Translations under genes and position numbers: made by a program | The notes under the pieces: generated by a model | The model's input: only the letters and a program-made list of their open reading frames with translations | The model's database searches: none | What the model was told of the DNA's origin: nothing | NCBI GenBank assembly: GCA_012295275.1 | Contig: CM022672.1 | Span: 30,380,001-30,444,000, forward strand | From: Chrysomallon squamiferum | Taxonomy: Eukaryota > Animalia > Mollusca | Length of the DNA stretch: 64,000 bases | Direction: 5' to 3' | Shown here: piece after piece, positions 14,435-28,855 of the stretch | Position numbering within the stretch: the first letter of the stretch is position 1 | Layout: each line of letters starts with the position of its first letter

Positions 14435-15029
14435 TGTTTGTGTATGTGTCGTTTCTGTATGTATGTATTAATATATTACAGTACACACACTTAATGGATA
14501 TGAACACATTTAATCTGACAGTAAAAATGTACTGAATGAGTGTAGAACAAAATCATTCTTGATTCTTTTACATAATTCAACCTGAAATAGCAACACAGAA
14601 CACAAAAAGCGGCCTACATCGGCTACAGAAATTAGAGCAGTTTGAAGTTTGAATATTCATCTGTCACATTGATTTGTCACTCCGTCAGTTTGTCTCTCGA
14701 GAAATCAGATTCAAACAGCGATACCGAGATGTTAGGTTGATTGTCCTTATTTGTGTGCGTGTGCGTGTGCATATGCGCTTTGTGTGTGTGCTTGACGAAA
14801 GAAAGAAAGAAGAAGAAAAAGGAATGAAAATTATTAATGAGAGACAACTGGATTAGCATGACGTAACAATGAATAACACATAAACACACCCACCCACACC
14901 CATCCACACCCACACGTACCCACACAAATGCGCACACATATTTTAATGGAATATATTAATGTCGATCGACATATCTGATTTCATAAAATAAATTATATTA
15001 AAAGGTCACCATTGTTTGTTTTTTGTTTT

Positions 15030-15064
<35 letters not shown>

Positions 15065-16625
15065 TTTCGATCTTTTTTTTATCATATAGGAAAGGAACAT
15101 TAAGATTTTTAAAAAATGTTCATTACCAAAAATAAAAAATTCAGTGTTATTAGTAGATTCTAGCTCTACATCGAATACAATTTAGTGCCACGTAATATAT
15201 TTGATTTCAATTTATAATAAGTATAAGGAGAAAGCGAGAAATTCGCGCTCTAATGACGTCATTCCAAACGTTATGACGTCAGCCTTCTCACTGACGTTTT
15301 GCTTCATCTTTAACTCGACAACTAACGCAGCAAATGTGCAGTCAAAATATCACATTTTATTAAAAGACATACTAACATTTACAAGAGGCCAGAGTAGATC
15401 AGTTATTTTTGTTTTATCCTCTTTTTTCTGTTTCCGTTTGTGACAAATTAACCGTATTACGTGTAACCTATACGTAACAGTGACCTTTCCAGTGTTAAAC
15501 GCAATTAAAAAAAAAAAAAAAAAAAATATAATAAAATCGTAAAACTATAATTGTTTATATGTTACTCGGCGGGACTGCAGGGAGGGGGGGTAATCATATT
15601 AAATTAAAGACAACACATGCTGCACGTGTTTGACACGTGCTGTGATATTATATTTGCGCAATTCTTTATAACAATATCGATTATAAAAATAAAAAAAAAA
15701 AAAGTCTAATTACTGGTAGAATTAAATTTGAAAATAATAGATTTCAATATGAATTACTGAAAAAGCTTATAATATGCAACTAAATTTAAGGGAGGAAATG
15801 AAAAAAGTATTCTTATAGTTGTTGTTGCTTTATTTACTACTACTACTACTACTCCTACAACTACTTCAGGTATTACTACTACTACTACTACTACTCCTAC
15901 AACTACTTCAGGTATTACTACTACTACTACTACTACTGTTACTACTACTACTACTACCATTACTATTACTACTACTATTTTTACTTTTATAACAACTACT
16001 ACTAGTGCTATTATTATTACTACGCCAACAACAAAAACTACTATTACTACAAATACTACTACTACTACTACTGCTGCTGCTGCTACTACTATTACTAGAA
16101 CTCCTACTATTACTACTACCATTACTACTACTACTACAATTTTTATTACTATTATTATTATTACTAGTACTACTATTAGTATTACTAGTTGTATTATTAT
16201 TATTATTATTACTACTACTACTATCAGTATCATCATTATTATAATCATTATTATTAATATTGCTCCTAATAATATTATTATTATTACTATTACTACTACT
16301 ACTATTGCTACTGCTACCACTACCACTACTATTACTACTACTATTTCTACTACTACTACTACTACTACTACTACTGATACTGCTCCCACTACCACTACTA
16401 CTACTACTACTACTACTGCTTCTACTATTACTACTGCTACTACAATTGTTATTAATATTATTGTACAGCCTGTTTTCCATTTGTTATTGATGGGCAGATA
16501 GGTATTTTTAATGTAAGTAGTAATGTAATATTAATATTCTCTAGGCCCTGGGCTGCTGTTACTGGGAGCTTACACGTTGTAAATTAAAATGGAAACAAAA
16601 AAGAAAGAAACAAACAACAACGACA
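14435..16625 (+). repeat. Left arm of a large inverted repeat
   Basis: Reverse complement of 23545-25491. Examples: 14641 TTTGAAGTTTGAATATTCATCTGTCACATTGATTTGTCACTCCGTCAGTTTGTCTC vs 25231-25286; 15361-15505 vs ~24424-24570 (near-identical); 16484-16595 vs ~23583-23697 (more diverged). Confidence 0.95.
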
Positions 16626-16959
16626 AGAACAACGACAAGAACAACAAAAATAAAACAAGTAAAAAACCCCAACAACTCCCCCCCCGAAAAACATCAAAAC
16701 TAAAGAAAAAAAAAAAAAAAAAAAAGAGAAAACAAAAACTCCTACGGAAAAAAAACCCCAAAACCCAAACAAAAAATCCAACATGAAAAAAGACCACTAC
16801 AGCCATCACCACTAACAGCGGCAGCAGCAGCAGCAGCAACAGCAGCAACAAGAACAAAAAAATCAACAACAACAATAATAATAAAATACACACCCAAAGA
16901 AACTAAAAGAAAATGAAAATGACTTTAAATCCAACACTGCTGGCTTGCAGCACTCTTCA

Positions 16960-17250
16960 CACACACAGACACACAGACAAACAGCCACCGACAAACACAA
17001 ACACACACACACGCACACATACACAGCGACAGAGACACACACACACACACAGACAAACAGCCACCGACAAACACAAACACACACACACGCACACATACAC
17101 AGCGACACAGACACACACACACACACACAGACAAACAACCACCGACAAACACAAACACACACACACGCACACAGACACAGTCACACACACACACACACAC
17201 ACACACACGTACACAGACACAGTCACACACACACACACACACAGACACTG
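16960..17250 (+). repeat. Compound CA-rich minisatellite (~70-80-bp unit x3)
   Basis: ACAGACAAACA(G/A)CCACCGACAAACACAAAC is repeated three times. Confidence 0.85.
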
Positions 17251-17798
17251 TTTAGCCACACAACCAGGAATCGATCTCAGATCCACGACATTTCTTTATC
17301 GGACGAACAAGCTCCGAGCTCTGCAGATTCATCAATTTAACTTTAATCTCGCAGCGTCGATGACAACGACAGCGTGACTGCAGCTGTCGTTGTTTATTTT
17401 ACATCGTTTTTATTTTTGTCGGATTCTCGTTCAATGAAAATCAGATCTACCTTCCAAAACCAACTCAAAACGCCTAGTAAATCACGTTTGTACTTAATTA
17501 AACAGGAAAAACATTTGTTAACTCAATTCGTAGAGTCGTAGAGTTGAACATTAGAGAAGAGGTATGTTTGTCTCTTTTATTCTTAATAGCCTAGTTCAAT
17601 TGCTCAAAGTGAGACAAAAAAGTAATTCGTAGAAAAAAATTAATTAAGATGGAGAAAAGAACTGATAAAGTAAAAAACAATAACAACAACAGACAGACGG
17701 ACAAAGAGAGAAAATAAAGAAATACAAACAGACAAAGAGATGAATGTAAAGATTACGAATAAACGAAATAAATAATAAGATAGAGAGGTAGATATACA

Positions 17799-17853
<55 letters not shown>

Positions 17854-18068
17854 CTGTGTGTGTGGTTGTGGATGTTTGTATGTAATATACATATGTATGT
17901 ATGTTTGTATATCATCATACCTATCTATCTATATGTGTGGGTAATATATACACACACACACACACATATATATATCTGTATATATGTATGTATTATGTAT
18001 GTATGTATGTATGAAGGTACGTTTGTATAGCATTTCATGTACCAATCTATATATTTATCCATCAATTC

Positions 18069-18119
<51 letters not shown>

Positions 18120-18681
18120 ACACACACACTCAAACACAAAGAGTGAAGTATATACTGCTGCATACACATAGATGAATTGATTTATCGCATTATCAAATTA
18201 ATAAAGTTAATAAACTAATACATACGTACAGATCTTTAATTCATTTACAAATACCTAGAAACTTTTAAAGCCGGATTTTTAGAGACCATCTGCTTCCTCG
18301 ATGGTTTCATGATTCCATTTTCTGCAAAAATCTTTTCTATATCCTTGGATATACTTTAAAAGTCCATCCCATTAATTCGTATTTCAATCCGAAGATGTAT
18401 AGTTGGAAGACAAATAGAGCCATTCGTGACGTCATGCCAAAACAAAGCAGTGACGTCATGACAATACTTATTATTTCAGGCTTCCTCGACAGTAAGTTGT
18501 TTGTAGTTTCAGTGCTGTAATTAAGTAAGTATTTTAAATTTCTTATTTTAATTTACTTTTTCTTTGAAATTCATGTTTATTACCTTATTTAGCGTATGAA
18601 CTCTGTTGATGATTTTATTTAAAACAACCATACATTTCGATTTGTAATCTTTGTTACATATCTACTTGTATGTATCCATGC

Positions 18682-18735
<54 letters not shown>

Positions 18736-19029
18736 ACAACAACATATACATATGTATGTCTGTATGTATATTTTTTACATCTGTGTCTGTTTATCTATCT
18801 TTCTATATCTATCTATCTATACAACTGTCTATCTATCTCTCTTTTTATCTACATGTCTACCTACCTGACTGTCTATCTATCTTTCTTTCTACATATACGA
18901 TTAAACGACTATACTATCAAAAGTCACCGTTTTTTCTATGATGTTACGTTGCTCCAGGCGAGGAACCACAAACCAGTCGATCTATAGTAAAGAAAATAAA
19001 ACCAAATCTCTGTTTACAATGAAGCTACA

Positions 19030-19063
<34 letters not shown>

Positions 19064-19983
19064 TCTACGCTTTGAGGACACTTTTCATTCGTTGTACAGA
19101 TGCCTTGAGGATGCTACCTTGATGAAACCACAAAATATTCGATTTAATGTTCTTTGTTCTTGAATTTCCGATACGTATTCGGCATCCGCCATTTTGCTGT
19201 CAGCCTTTTGTACCATGTTACCACGTGGGTTTCAGTTTTAACGTAAACATTGTACTTTTTTTTCTCTCTCTCTCTCTCTTTTTTTTTAAAGATGATAACA
19301 GATATTTGTATAGTGTTTTCGTGTTTTCGTGTTTTTTGTTTTTGTGAAAACTGTCAAAGAAAAAAAAAAAAAAAAAAAAAAAAGAAAATGGAAAACCAAA
19401 CAAAAATATAACGAACCCAGAAACGTAATTATCCTGAAATTTTCTGTCAAAACAGAACCATTAGACTGTGTCGTAACTGATTTTAATAATGAATGTAACA
19501 ATGGTTACTATCTGGACACACGCATGCTCAAACAAGCCAACGTAAACTAAAACCGAAAACCGATTTAGTTACTACGAGAATTACGAGAGTGCGAAATACT
19601 GCTGCAATGAAATGAAATTCTACGATGTGTTTATTTTTAATGTTTTTTCTGTGCATATATGTATGCATGTGTGTGTGTGCGTGTATGTGTGTGTGTGTGT
19701 GTGAATATAATGTGTGTGTGTATCAACGTACATATTTGGGTGTTTATTAATGTATATATGCGCGTGTGAATAGGTGTATGTATGTTTATGTGTAAATATA
19801 TATTTTGTATGTACGAATCTAACATACACACACACACGCACGCACATATATATACATACACATATATATAGAGAGATATATACATCAATGAAAAATCGTT
19901 CTTGTAACAAATTAACATTGCAGAAAACGCTTGAAGAATCAAATAGTTCTTCTGAATTATTTCATGTTATCAGTCTAGCTATC

Positions 19984-20071
<88 letters not shown>

Positions 20072-20586
20072 GTTTATTTATTTATTTCTCGTGAACAGAA
20101 TACAAAAAAAAGATACCACTGGAAAAAACGACTCAAACTGTAACCACAACAAGATCAGCTATGACGTCTTTGTCTGTCTCTATTTAATTCTTAAGTATAA
20201 TCAGCAATCTGAATTTGTTTCTTAACCAAACGTCTATTTTCAGCCCTCTGAGTGCATTAATTAAAGTGTTTTCATTTCCTAATTTACTGTTATTATTCTC
20301 ACCTGTAAACATTTTATACGTCGGTCAGTCCGTATCGTATTTTTAGCCAGTTCGCTGTTGGAATATCAGGTTTTCTATAGCGTCAGTCTCTCTGTCACGC
20401 ATAGTTTGATGCTGACGTCGTCAGTTCGTCTACAACACTGGGGTTATCTGCATTGTCGGACGGCTTAATTTTTCATTATAAGTAATAACTGTCTAGATAC
20501 GTTTTCGCCAAATAGAGACGTGATCACATTTAAATTAACTGTGTGTTTGCGTCTCTGGTAATGAATACGTTATTAAAGAGTAATAA

Positions 20587-20631
<45 letters not shown>

Positions 20632-20673
20632 CTGTATGTATATGTGTATGTGTGTGTGTGTGTGTGTCTCTCT

Positions 20674-20806
<133 letters not shown>

Positions 20807-21527
20807 GAATTTCTTCAATTAATTCTAGGTAACCGCCGGTTCCTCTATTAAAAACTCTGGCTTTACTCACTGATGAGCACTTTGCCGTAAAGCACTTTTA
20901 CCGATGTGATTATCTGAACTGATACGAGTTCATAAATAACTGTCAAATACCCAGTGTTACAGTCGCTGTGGTCTAGTTATCAGAAGACAGTTTGTGATAA
21001 AACTGATGTTAAAGTTCTGTCCAAGAGCATACAAAAAGCAGTGATCAGAAAATTAAACAGTAAAATATGACTGACGTTGGTTCATAGATCGCTATGTCCC
21101 TGTCGGATCTTGTCAGCATCTATCAGTATTTGATCAGAACTGGTTCATTATTTCTTTGGGTCAAACACTGTGGTTTTTAACTCTTCAGCTTGTGTTACGT
21201 GTATGAATATGCATTAAGCGTGAAGTTAATATTAATATTCATCAGGGTTATGGAATGACGAGAGTATTATTTTGTCGTGATGAAAGAATGCTGAATGAAA
21301 GTTTGTAAGTAATATTAAAGTACAAAAAAAAAGAGAAAAATAATAAAATAAAAATAAACACACACACATAGTTATGTATTTTTCTTTATAAATTAGTTTA
21401 TTAATCTGTCATCATCATCATCATTATACTGCTATCATCGTAATCATTACTGTTATTATTATTATTGTTACTGCTACTATTATTATAGAGGCGGATAAAT
21501 AAATATATGGAAAGAAACTAGATATAG

Positions 21528-21684
<157 letters not shown>

Positions 21685-21855
21685 TCATTCAGACCAGGTA
21701 GGCAGTATTGACAGAAATATCATTCGCATTCCTCTTAAAGCCTGTAATTAACACAAACCCCCAAACAAATTCGTCTTTCTGTTAGTCACGATTGTGTACT
21801 TAAACATCTACACCACGGCTTGGCATGCATGCATTAATCCCGAGGCTTGGCTTAC

Positions 21856-22132
21856 CATTTTGATTTAACGACAGAGCTTGGTGCATCCTTGAAGACATCG
21901 TAAATGACAAAATGAAAATTACTGCCTACTCGTGTTCTGTTGATACTGGACTTCTCTGCACACTAAGAACGATGCAGCTGTAACAGATCACCTTTTCCTT
22001 TTCCGAGATATATTTCAGTGGTCGTAGGAGGGAGGACGTATCTGGTCATGGAGCACCAGTCGGAACGGGAATCAGCCCAGTAAAAGCCTCGAGGAAGATA
22101 TAAAGTGTGATCTCTTCGCGATTCAAACAAGT
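21856..22132 (-). pseudogene. Isolated decayed exon, possibly BIR (IAP-repeat)-like
   Basis: Canonical TTATTCTCAG acceptor and GTAAGC donor enclose 277 nt. One frame reads …FLEAFTGLIPVPTGAP*PDTSSLLRPLKYISEKEKVICYSCIVLSVQRSPVSTEHE*; another ends …GSNFHFVI. Together these resemble the BIR pattern DKVxCxxC…EH…PNCxFV. The second frame has only one stop (TAG at + 21963-21965). Confidence 0.4.
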
Positions 22133-22577
22133 CTGAGAATAACAGTACACGAATTCAGTCTAGAACGTAACAGACAGAGAAAAGATTATAGATGAAAATG
22201 ATTTAGGGGCAGTCTATGTTGTTTTTTTTTGTTGTTGTTTTTTTTAGAAAAGAATATCGATAACAAAACTAATGTGGTGTAAAAATAGCCTCTGTTTTCA
22301 GTTGTAAAGTACATTTTGACATTTTGAAATGTTAAAAATACACGTCTGGCTCAATACGATAACAAAAATAATACTTTTATTTTTTCAGTGACCTACATGT
22401 CTGTCTGTCTGTTAGTATGTTTGTCTGGTTCCCTCTCTCTCTCTGCTTGCTTGCCTATCTGTCTGGCTATCCATCCATCCGTCCATTTCTCTCTCTCTCT
22501 TTCTCTCTCTTTGTCTGTCTTTCTGTCTCTCTCTCTCTGTATATCTGTCTGTCTGTATCTTTCCATCCATCCATCCA

Positions 22578-22668
<91 letters not shown>

Positions 22669-22760
22669 ATCAGCCTTTCTATGTATCTATCCATCCATCA
22701 TTCATTCATCTATCTATCAATCTCTTTTTTTTTTTTATGCTTCTCGATGGCTGTATACAG

Positions 22761-23014
22761 ATCACGTCTCTGTACCACGTGATTGTAAATACAATCCCAT
22801 AATTCCAAACAGAAGAAATAGTCTGGACAACTGCTGTGAAATTACGAAAAGAAAACTGTTATCATTCCGTCCTTTGTGATGGATCAGAAGGAACTCAAAC
22901 TACGTCATTTGGGAATCTCAACATAACAACCAAGAAATCACAGAAACATGAAGAAGAAGAAATAAACACTATTATCTTTTTGTCTTTGGTGATAGATGGA
23001 AGTATACGAGATAG
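22761..23014 (+). pseudogene. Isolated decayed exon, macro-domain-like (PARP9/14/15 type)
   Basis: Flanked by TATACAG| and |GTAGTT. It reads ITSLYHVIVNTIP*FQTEEIVWTTAVKLRKENCYHSVLCDGSEG…EEEEINTIIFLSLVIDG, matching macro motifs DVIVN, GxIVxTxAGxL…IYHxVL and SIAFPALGTG. It has one TAA (22800-22802) and an apparent internal deletion. Confidence 0.5.
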
Positions 23015-23544
23015 GTAGTTTACTAAAATGGGATGATGCTTGGATTTACTTGATTGAGAATTAGAGGTACACGTGATTCGTTAACGTTCGTGAAAATTTA
23101 CACATTTCATTGACAGTCACGTGATCTTCTTCTCTCGCTGTGTAATCTCACGTTGTACACTTTGAAAGCTTCACGGGGTAACTTGACACCGTTACAGAGA
23201 TGTCAAAGACAATTATAGGGGGAGGACATCTGCTTCAGTAGCTATCGTTTTTGTCTTGTATGAACCTTCCGAACTTTTGTTGAAATATTTTAAAGATATT
23301 CCTTGTGCGACAAAATAAATAAAACATTTAAATGCATATTTCTACTACTACTTCTGCTACTATTATTAAGTACTACTACTATCTTTACTACTACTACTAC
23401 TACTACTACTATTACTACTACTAGTACTACTTCTACTATTACTACTATTAATATTATTACTATTATATTATTGTTGTTATTACTGTTGTTGTTGTTATTG
23501 TTGTCATTATTATTATTATTGTTGTTGTTGTTATTGTTGTTGCA

Positions 23545-23738
23545 GTTGTTGTTGTTGTTGTTTGTTTGATCATTTTTTTGTTTTTTCCATTTTAATTTAC
23601 AACGTGTTGGCTCCCAGTACGGGTACCCCAGGGCCTACAGAATATTAATATTATATTACTACTTATATTAAAAATACGTATCTGCCCATCAATAACTAAT
23701 GAAAGTGAAAATAATTCATCCATTATTAAACAGGCTGG

Positions 23739-23799
<61 letters not shown>

Positions 23800-24039
23800 T
23801 AATAATAATACAGTAGTAGTAATAATAATAGTTGTAGTAGTTGTAGTAGTAGTAGTAGCAGCAGCGGTAGCAGTAGTAGAAGTAGAAGTACTAGTAGTAA
23901 TACTAGTAGTAATAGTGGTAGCAATATCGGTAGTAGCAGTAGTAGTTGTTATTGATGTTGTAATAATAGTAGTAGTAGTTTTTGTTTTTGTTGCAGTAAC
24001 AATAATAAAAGTGAAAATAATGGTAGTAACTGTAATAAC

Positions 24040-24071
<32 letters not shown>

Positions 24072-24861
24072 CAGCAGCAGCAGTAGTAGTAGTAACAAAA
24101 ACAGCAACGACAACTATAATAATACTTCTTTTTTTTTATCCCCCATTAAATTTAATTTCATATTAGAATCTTTTTTCAGTAGGTCAAATTTAATTCTACC
24201 AGTAGATTACATATATATATATATATATATTTTTATTATTTTATAATCGATATTGTTATAAAGAACTGCGCAATATAATATTTCTTGACGTCATAGCACG
24301 TATGAAACACGTGTAGCAGGTGTTGGTCTTTAATTTAATATGATTACCCCCCCTCCCTGCAGTCCCGCCGAGTAACATATTAGACAATTATAGTTTTATG
24401 ATTTTATTATTTTTTTTTTTTTTAAATTGCGTTTAACACTGGAAAGGTCACTGTTACGTATAGGTTACACGTAATACGGTTAATTTGTCACAAACGGAAA
24501 CAGAAAAAGGAGGATAAAACAAAAATAACTGATCTACTCTGGCCTCTTGTAAATGTTAGTATGTCTTTTAATAAAATGTGATATTGATGACTGATATTTT
24601 GACTGCACTTTTGCTGCGTTAGTTGTAGAGTTAAAGATGAAGCAAAACGTCAGTGAAAAGGCTGACGTCATAACGTTTGGAATGACGTCATTAGAGCGCG
24701 ATTTTCTCGCATTCTCTTTATACTTATTAATATTACAAATTATTTACAAGGTAGTAGAGCTAGAATCTACTAATAACACTGAAATTAGAATTTTAGTCAA
24801 CGAACATTAAAAAAATCTTAATACTCCTTTCCTATATAATAAAATATTTCCTTAAAATATA

Positions 24862-24915
<54 letters not shown>

Positions 24916-25491
24916 TATAAAAAAAATAAAACACGAAACAAAACAACATTTGATGATGATCTTTTAATATAATTTATTTTATGAAATCGAATATGTCGGT
25001 CTAATATAAATATAAGTGCGTGTTTGGGTGTCTGGGTGTGAATGTGCGTGTTTGGGTGTGTATGTGTGTGTATATTTTTTATTCATTGTTATGTCCTGCT
25101 AAGCCAACTGCCTGTCAGTAATAATGTTTCTTTCTTTCTTTCTTCACGCACAACACACGCACACACACACACACAAATAAGGACAATCAACCTAATATCT
25201 CGGCATCGCTGTTTGAATCTGATTTCTCGGGAGACAAACTGACGGAGTGACAAATCAATGTGACAGATGAATATTCAAACTTCAAACTGCTCTAATTTCT
25301 GTAGCCGATGTAGGCCGCTTTCTGGGTTCTGTGTTGCTATTTCAGGTTGAATTATGTAAAAGAATCAAGAATGATTTTGTTTTACACTCATTCAGTTCAT
25401 TTTACTGTCAGATTAAATGTGTTCATATCCATTAAGTGTGTGTACTGTAATATATTAATACATACATACAGAAACGACACATACACAAACA
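23545..25491 (-). repeat. Right arm of a large inverted repeat
   Basis: Matches the left arm. Unique segments are collinear; the internal (TAG/TAC)n and A/T tracts differ in length. Confidence 0.95.
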
Positions 25492-25564
25492 CACACACAG
25501 ACATGTATATAATATGTCTGTCTGTCTGTCTGTATGTATGTATATATAAAAACATACATGCATA

Positions 25565-25676
<112 letters not shown>

Positions 25677-26143
25677 CAGATAAACAGAAAGACAGACAGA
25701 CAGATAGACAGATAGATAGATAGTCAGATAGATAGATATATACACACATTTATTATTATTATTATTACTGCTGGAACAGATACCGTCGCTGAGGATTGAA
25801 CCAATGACCTTCAGCAATTGAATTTCCTTAACAGTATATTTAAAATTCAGTTACAAGATTATTATTGTTAATTACAGCACCAGCTTCATTTTGAACCCTG
25901 AGTGAGTCACGTAGAGAGACGCAAGGTTTGAGGTTAATTTGTCAAGAAACCCGCCAACAATTCGCAAAGTTCATCACGGTGCGAGGTAATCTTGTTTCAT
26001 TGTGTGGGTCTTCTGCTGTAACCCCACCCAGATGATTATCACGTGATTATACGTCACCAAAATGTGTCCCTCTACTCCATATCTATAGCTATATCTGCAT
26101 CTCTATACCTGTCTAGCTCTCTATATATATGTGTGTGTGTCTG

Positions 26144-26182
<39 letters not shown>

Positions 26183-26958
26183 CGTGAATGTACGCATGGG
26201 TGTATGTAACTATGGTTAAAATATTGATAGGAAGAACAAAAATTAAAGAAAAAATAGATCGTAAATTGTGTAGTAGTAGCAGGAACAGTAGTAAAGATAA
26301 TAGTGGTAGTAGTGGTAAAAATAATACTAGTCGTTGTCGTAGTCGTAATAACAGTAATAGTAATACTGGTACCAGCAGCAATAATAGTAGTAGTGGTAGT
26401 AACAGTAATTGTAACAGTGAAACTAGTACTGGTGGTGATACTGGTAATGGTAATAGTAGTAATAGTGGTATTAGTAGCTGCAGTTATAGTAGTAGTTGTT
26501 GCTGTAGCAGCAGTAATAGCACTGACAGTAATAATAGAGAATTGTTAGGTAATAGTAGCAGTAGTGGTAGCAACAATAGAAGTAGTAGTAGTATAATGAA
26601 AAGAAAGATAGATAAATGAAGACTACAGATCACACATGTACTTTTCTTTTTTTTTTTTTTTTTCCAGTTCTTGAGATTTTGTTTGGTTCCAGATCGACCA
26701 TGCATCATGTAGCAAAACGTTTTGCCTCTGCTCCAAACATGGAAAATAATTAATAACAAAAAATAATAACAATAATTTCGCTGGTTAGAACTTTCAGGTG
26801 TTCACTTGTGTGATTTGAGCGACACAGGACGGTGAGGTATGTTACAGAGAGCACGCGCTTTATTAGACTGCCTCAATCGATAGAACAATAACAACATGGC
26901 GGACAGCCTTGAACCTCGCACACAGTTCACACTTGCTAGCATCTGCTGTTAAACAGAC

Positions 26959-27653
26959 CAGGGCGGTCCAGTAGTGCTGTTAGGAGGGGTACGTTTTGAA
27001 GAGTTAAAGTAGAAGCAAAAAGTATTTCAGTTATTTATTTATTTATTTATTTATTTTTGGTTTTTTGTTTTTATAATAATAATTATTGTTGTTGTTTGAT
27101 GTCATTGTTGTTGTTATTATAATTATTGCTGTTATTATTATTTATGTTATTATTATTGTTAATTCTATTATTATTATTATTATTATTATTTATTATCATT
27201 ATCATTAATTTCATGCTTATTATTGTTGTTGATGGTCTTCTTCTACTTCACATTATTAAAACATACTATAATACAATGAACATCTTAAAGTTAATAAAAA
27301 AGATAAATATTATTATTTTATACTTGAAGTTCCCATAAGAATAAGCTACACATTGTTTTTAAAAGAAATATTAACTTACGCTCTGGAATTAAACGTCTCC
27401 CCCAAGATTTTGCGATCCTCTGTGGTTATTTTTTCACTCTGGCTTAGACCGTACGATCAGGAACAAACGTAGATACGAAAATTTAAAATTTTCTCGTATG
27501 TACCCCTCCGAGACAAATGCAGAATCGCCGCAATCATTTGTATTTATTCTTCTCTCTGCCTGAGATTATGCACTCAGGAACAAATACATTTATACAAAAA
27601 ATTAAAATTCTCTCGCATTTTCCCCACTCAGACAAAATGTGGATCCGCCGCTG
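26959..27653. mobile_element. Possible old non-autonomous DNA transposon
   Basis: The termini CAGGGCGGTCCA and TGGATCCGCCGCTG are imperfect inverted repeats. An internal ~117-bp duplication lies at 27437 and 27554. No TSD is seen. Confidence 0.3.
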
Positions 27654-27780
27654 GTTTAAGTAAAAGAGAACGAAAAACTCGTTTTTGTGTCGGTTCACGA
27701 TTTATTAGCTAGTAAAACCAATCAATTCGCAGTGGCACACGTGTATAAACACGCGTGTAATTTGTGTTTCTGTAATCAGC

Positions 27781-27845
27781 TCTAAATCGCAGAGTTCAAG
27801 ACCGGTAGCTACAGGGTTCGAACCCCGTTATCGGCTATTCTCAAT
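27781..27845 (+). mobile_element. tRNA-derived SINE head fragment
   Basis: Pol III B-box GGTTCGAACCC at 27815-27825, with no tRNA cloverleaf. Confidence 0.4.
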
Positions 27846-27849
27846 AAAT

Positions 27850-27884
<35 letters not shown>

Positions 27885-28094
27885 AAATTTCTAATAGTTT
27901 AACATACTAACACTAAGATCGATTTAGACCAGTTTTATTTGTTTTATTTATTTATTTATTTATTTATCTAAGAAAGATGGATAATCAACTTGTCACATAC
28001 GTAGATGTAAGGTTTAATGTTTAAAAACCGCGGGTTCTCATACGACGTCTAAAAATGAGGTAAATTTACTCTCTGCGTACAGACTGACAATGAT

Positions 28095-28385
28095 TTGTCC
28101 CACATGCTTTCAGAAGGATTTCAGATTTGAGATGTGTTTTTGAGATAGACTGAGAATAGAATGTAAGTCTAAAAATGAAATCCATTTATATTTCATTTTA
28201 CAGGTTATACAAATAGTCTGCAGGATTTTTTTATACCATATTTTTAATAATTTTGCACGTTATAATGTTAGTGTATGCAAAACAATGATAAAAATGTAAG
28301 ATATCTCTATTTCTGCTGTTCGGAAAATGTTTCGAACTTTGGAGCTTTTCGGATTTCGGAATTTCGGATTAGGGATCCACAGACA
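28095..28385 (+). mobile_element. Tigger4/Zombi-like (pogo) MITE remnant
   Basis: It ends TTTGGAGCTTTTCGGATTTCGGAATTTCGGATTAGGGAT, like the Tigger4/MER46 terminus (recalled). AAATAGTCTGCAG is the reverse complement of CTGCAGACTATTT in the related copy at ~49840-50150. Confidence 0.6.
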
Positions 28386-28822
28386 TTATACTGACGTTTG
28401 TATTCTAGTATACTATAGGTCACCATAAATATACAGTTTACAATAATTCTGTTTTAACGTTTCCGAACCGCATCAAGTCATAAACATTTTTCCGTTGCTG
28501 GTCTATCTGTTTTTTTAAAAGAAAAATTAAAACTGTAGCCTGAAATCAATACTGTTTTGAGCATAACTGTTTCTTAATAGAAAGACTTAAAAATGATTTC
28601 ATTCTCAGAAGGTCTTATTAATAAAACAATCAGAAAAAATGACTGAAATTATCACCTGAGGCAAAAGATATATTATAATAAAGTTTTATTTATAAATACT
28701 TAATTAATCTCACACACACGTATGTGTTTATGTGTGTGTGTGTGTGTGGTATCTGTGTGTATGTACGTATATACGTATGTATATATGTACCTATGTATGT
28801 ATGTGGATGTGTGTGTATGTAC

Positions 28823-28855
<33 letters not shown>

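Noticed and set aside
20298-20312. Recursive splice site (TTTACAG|GTGAG, minus strand)
   Set aside because: The pyrimidine tract is short, no host gene is established, and similar matches occur by chance.
20870-20920. C/D box snoRNA (TGATGA…CTGA)
   Set aside because: Only ~47 nt long, with an imperfect C box and no convincing terminal stem.
27781-27845. tRNA gene
   Set aside because: Only a B-box is present, with no acceptor or anticodon stems; treated as a SINE remnant.
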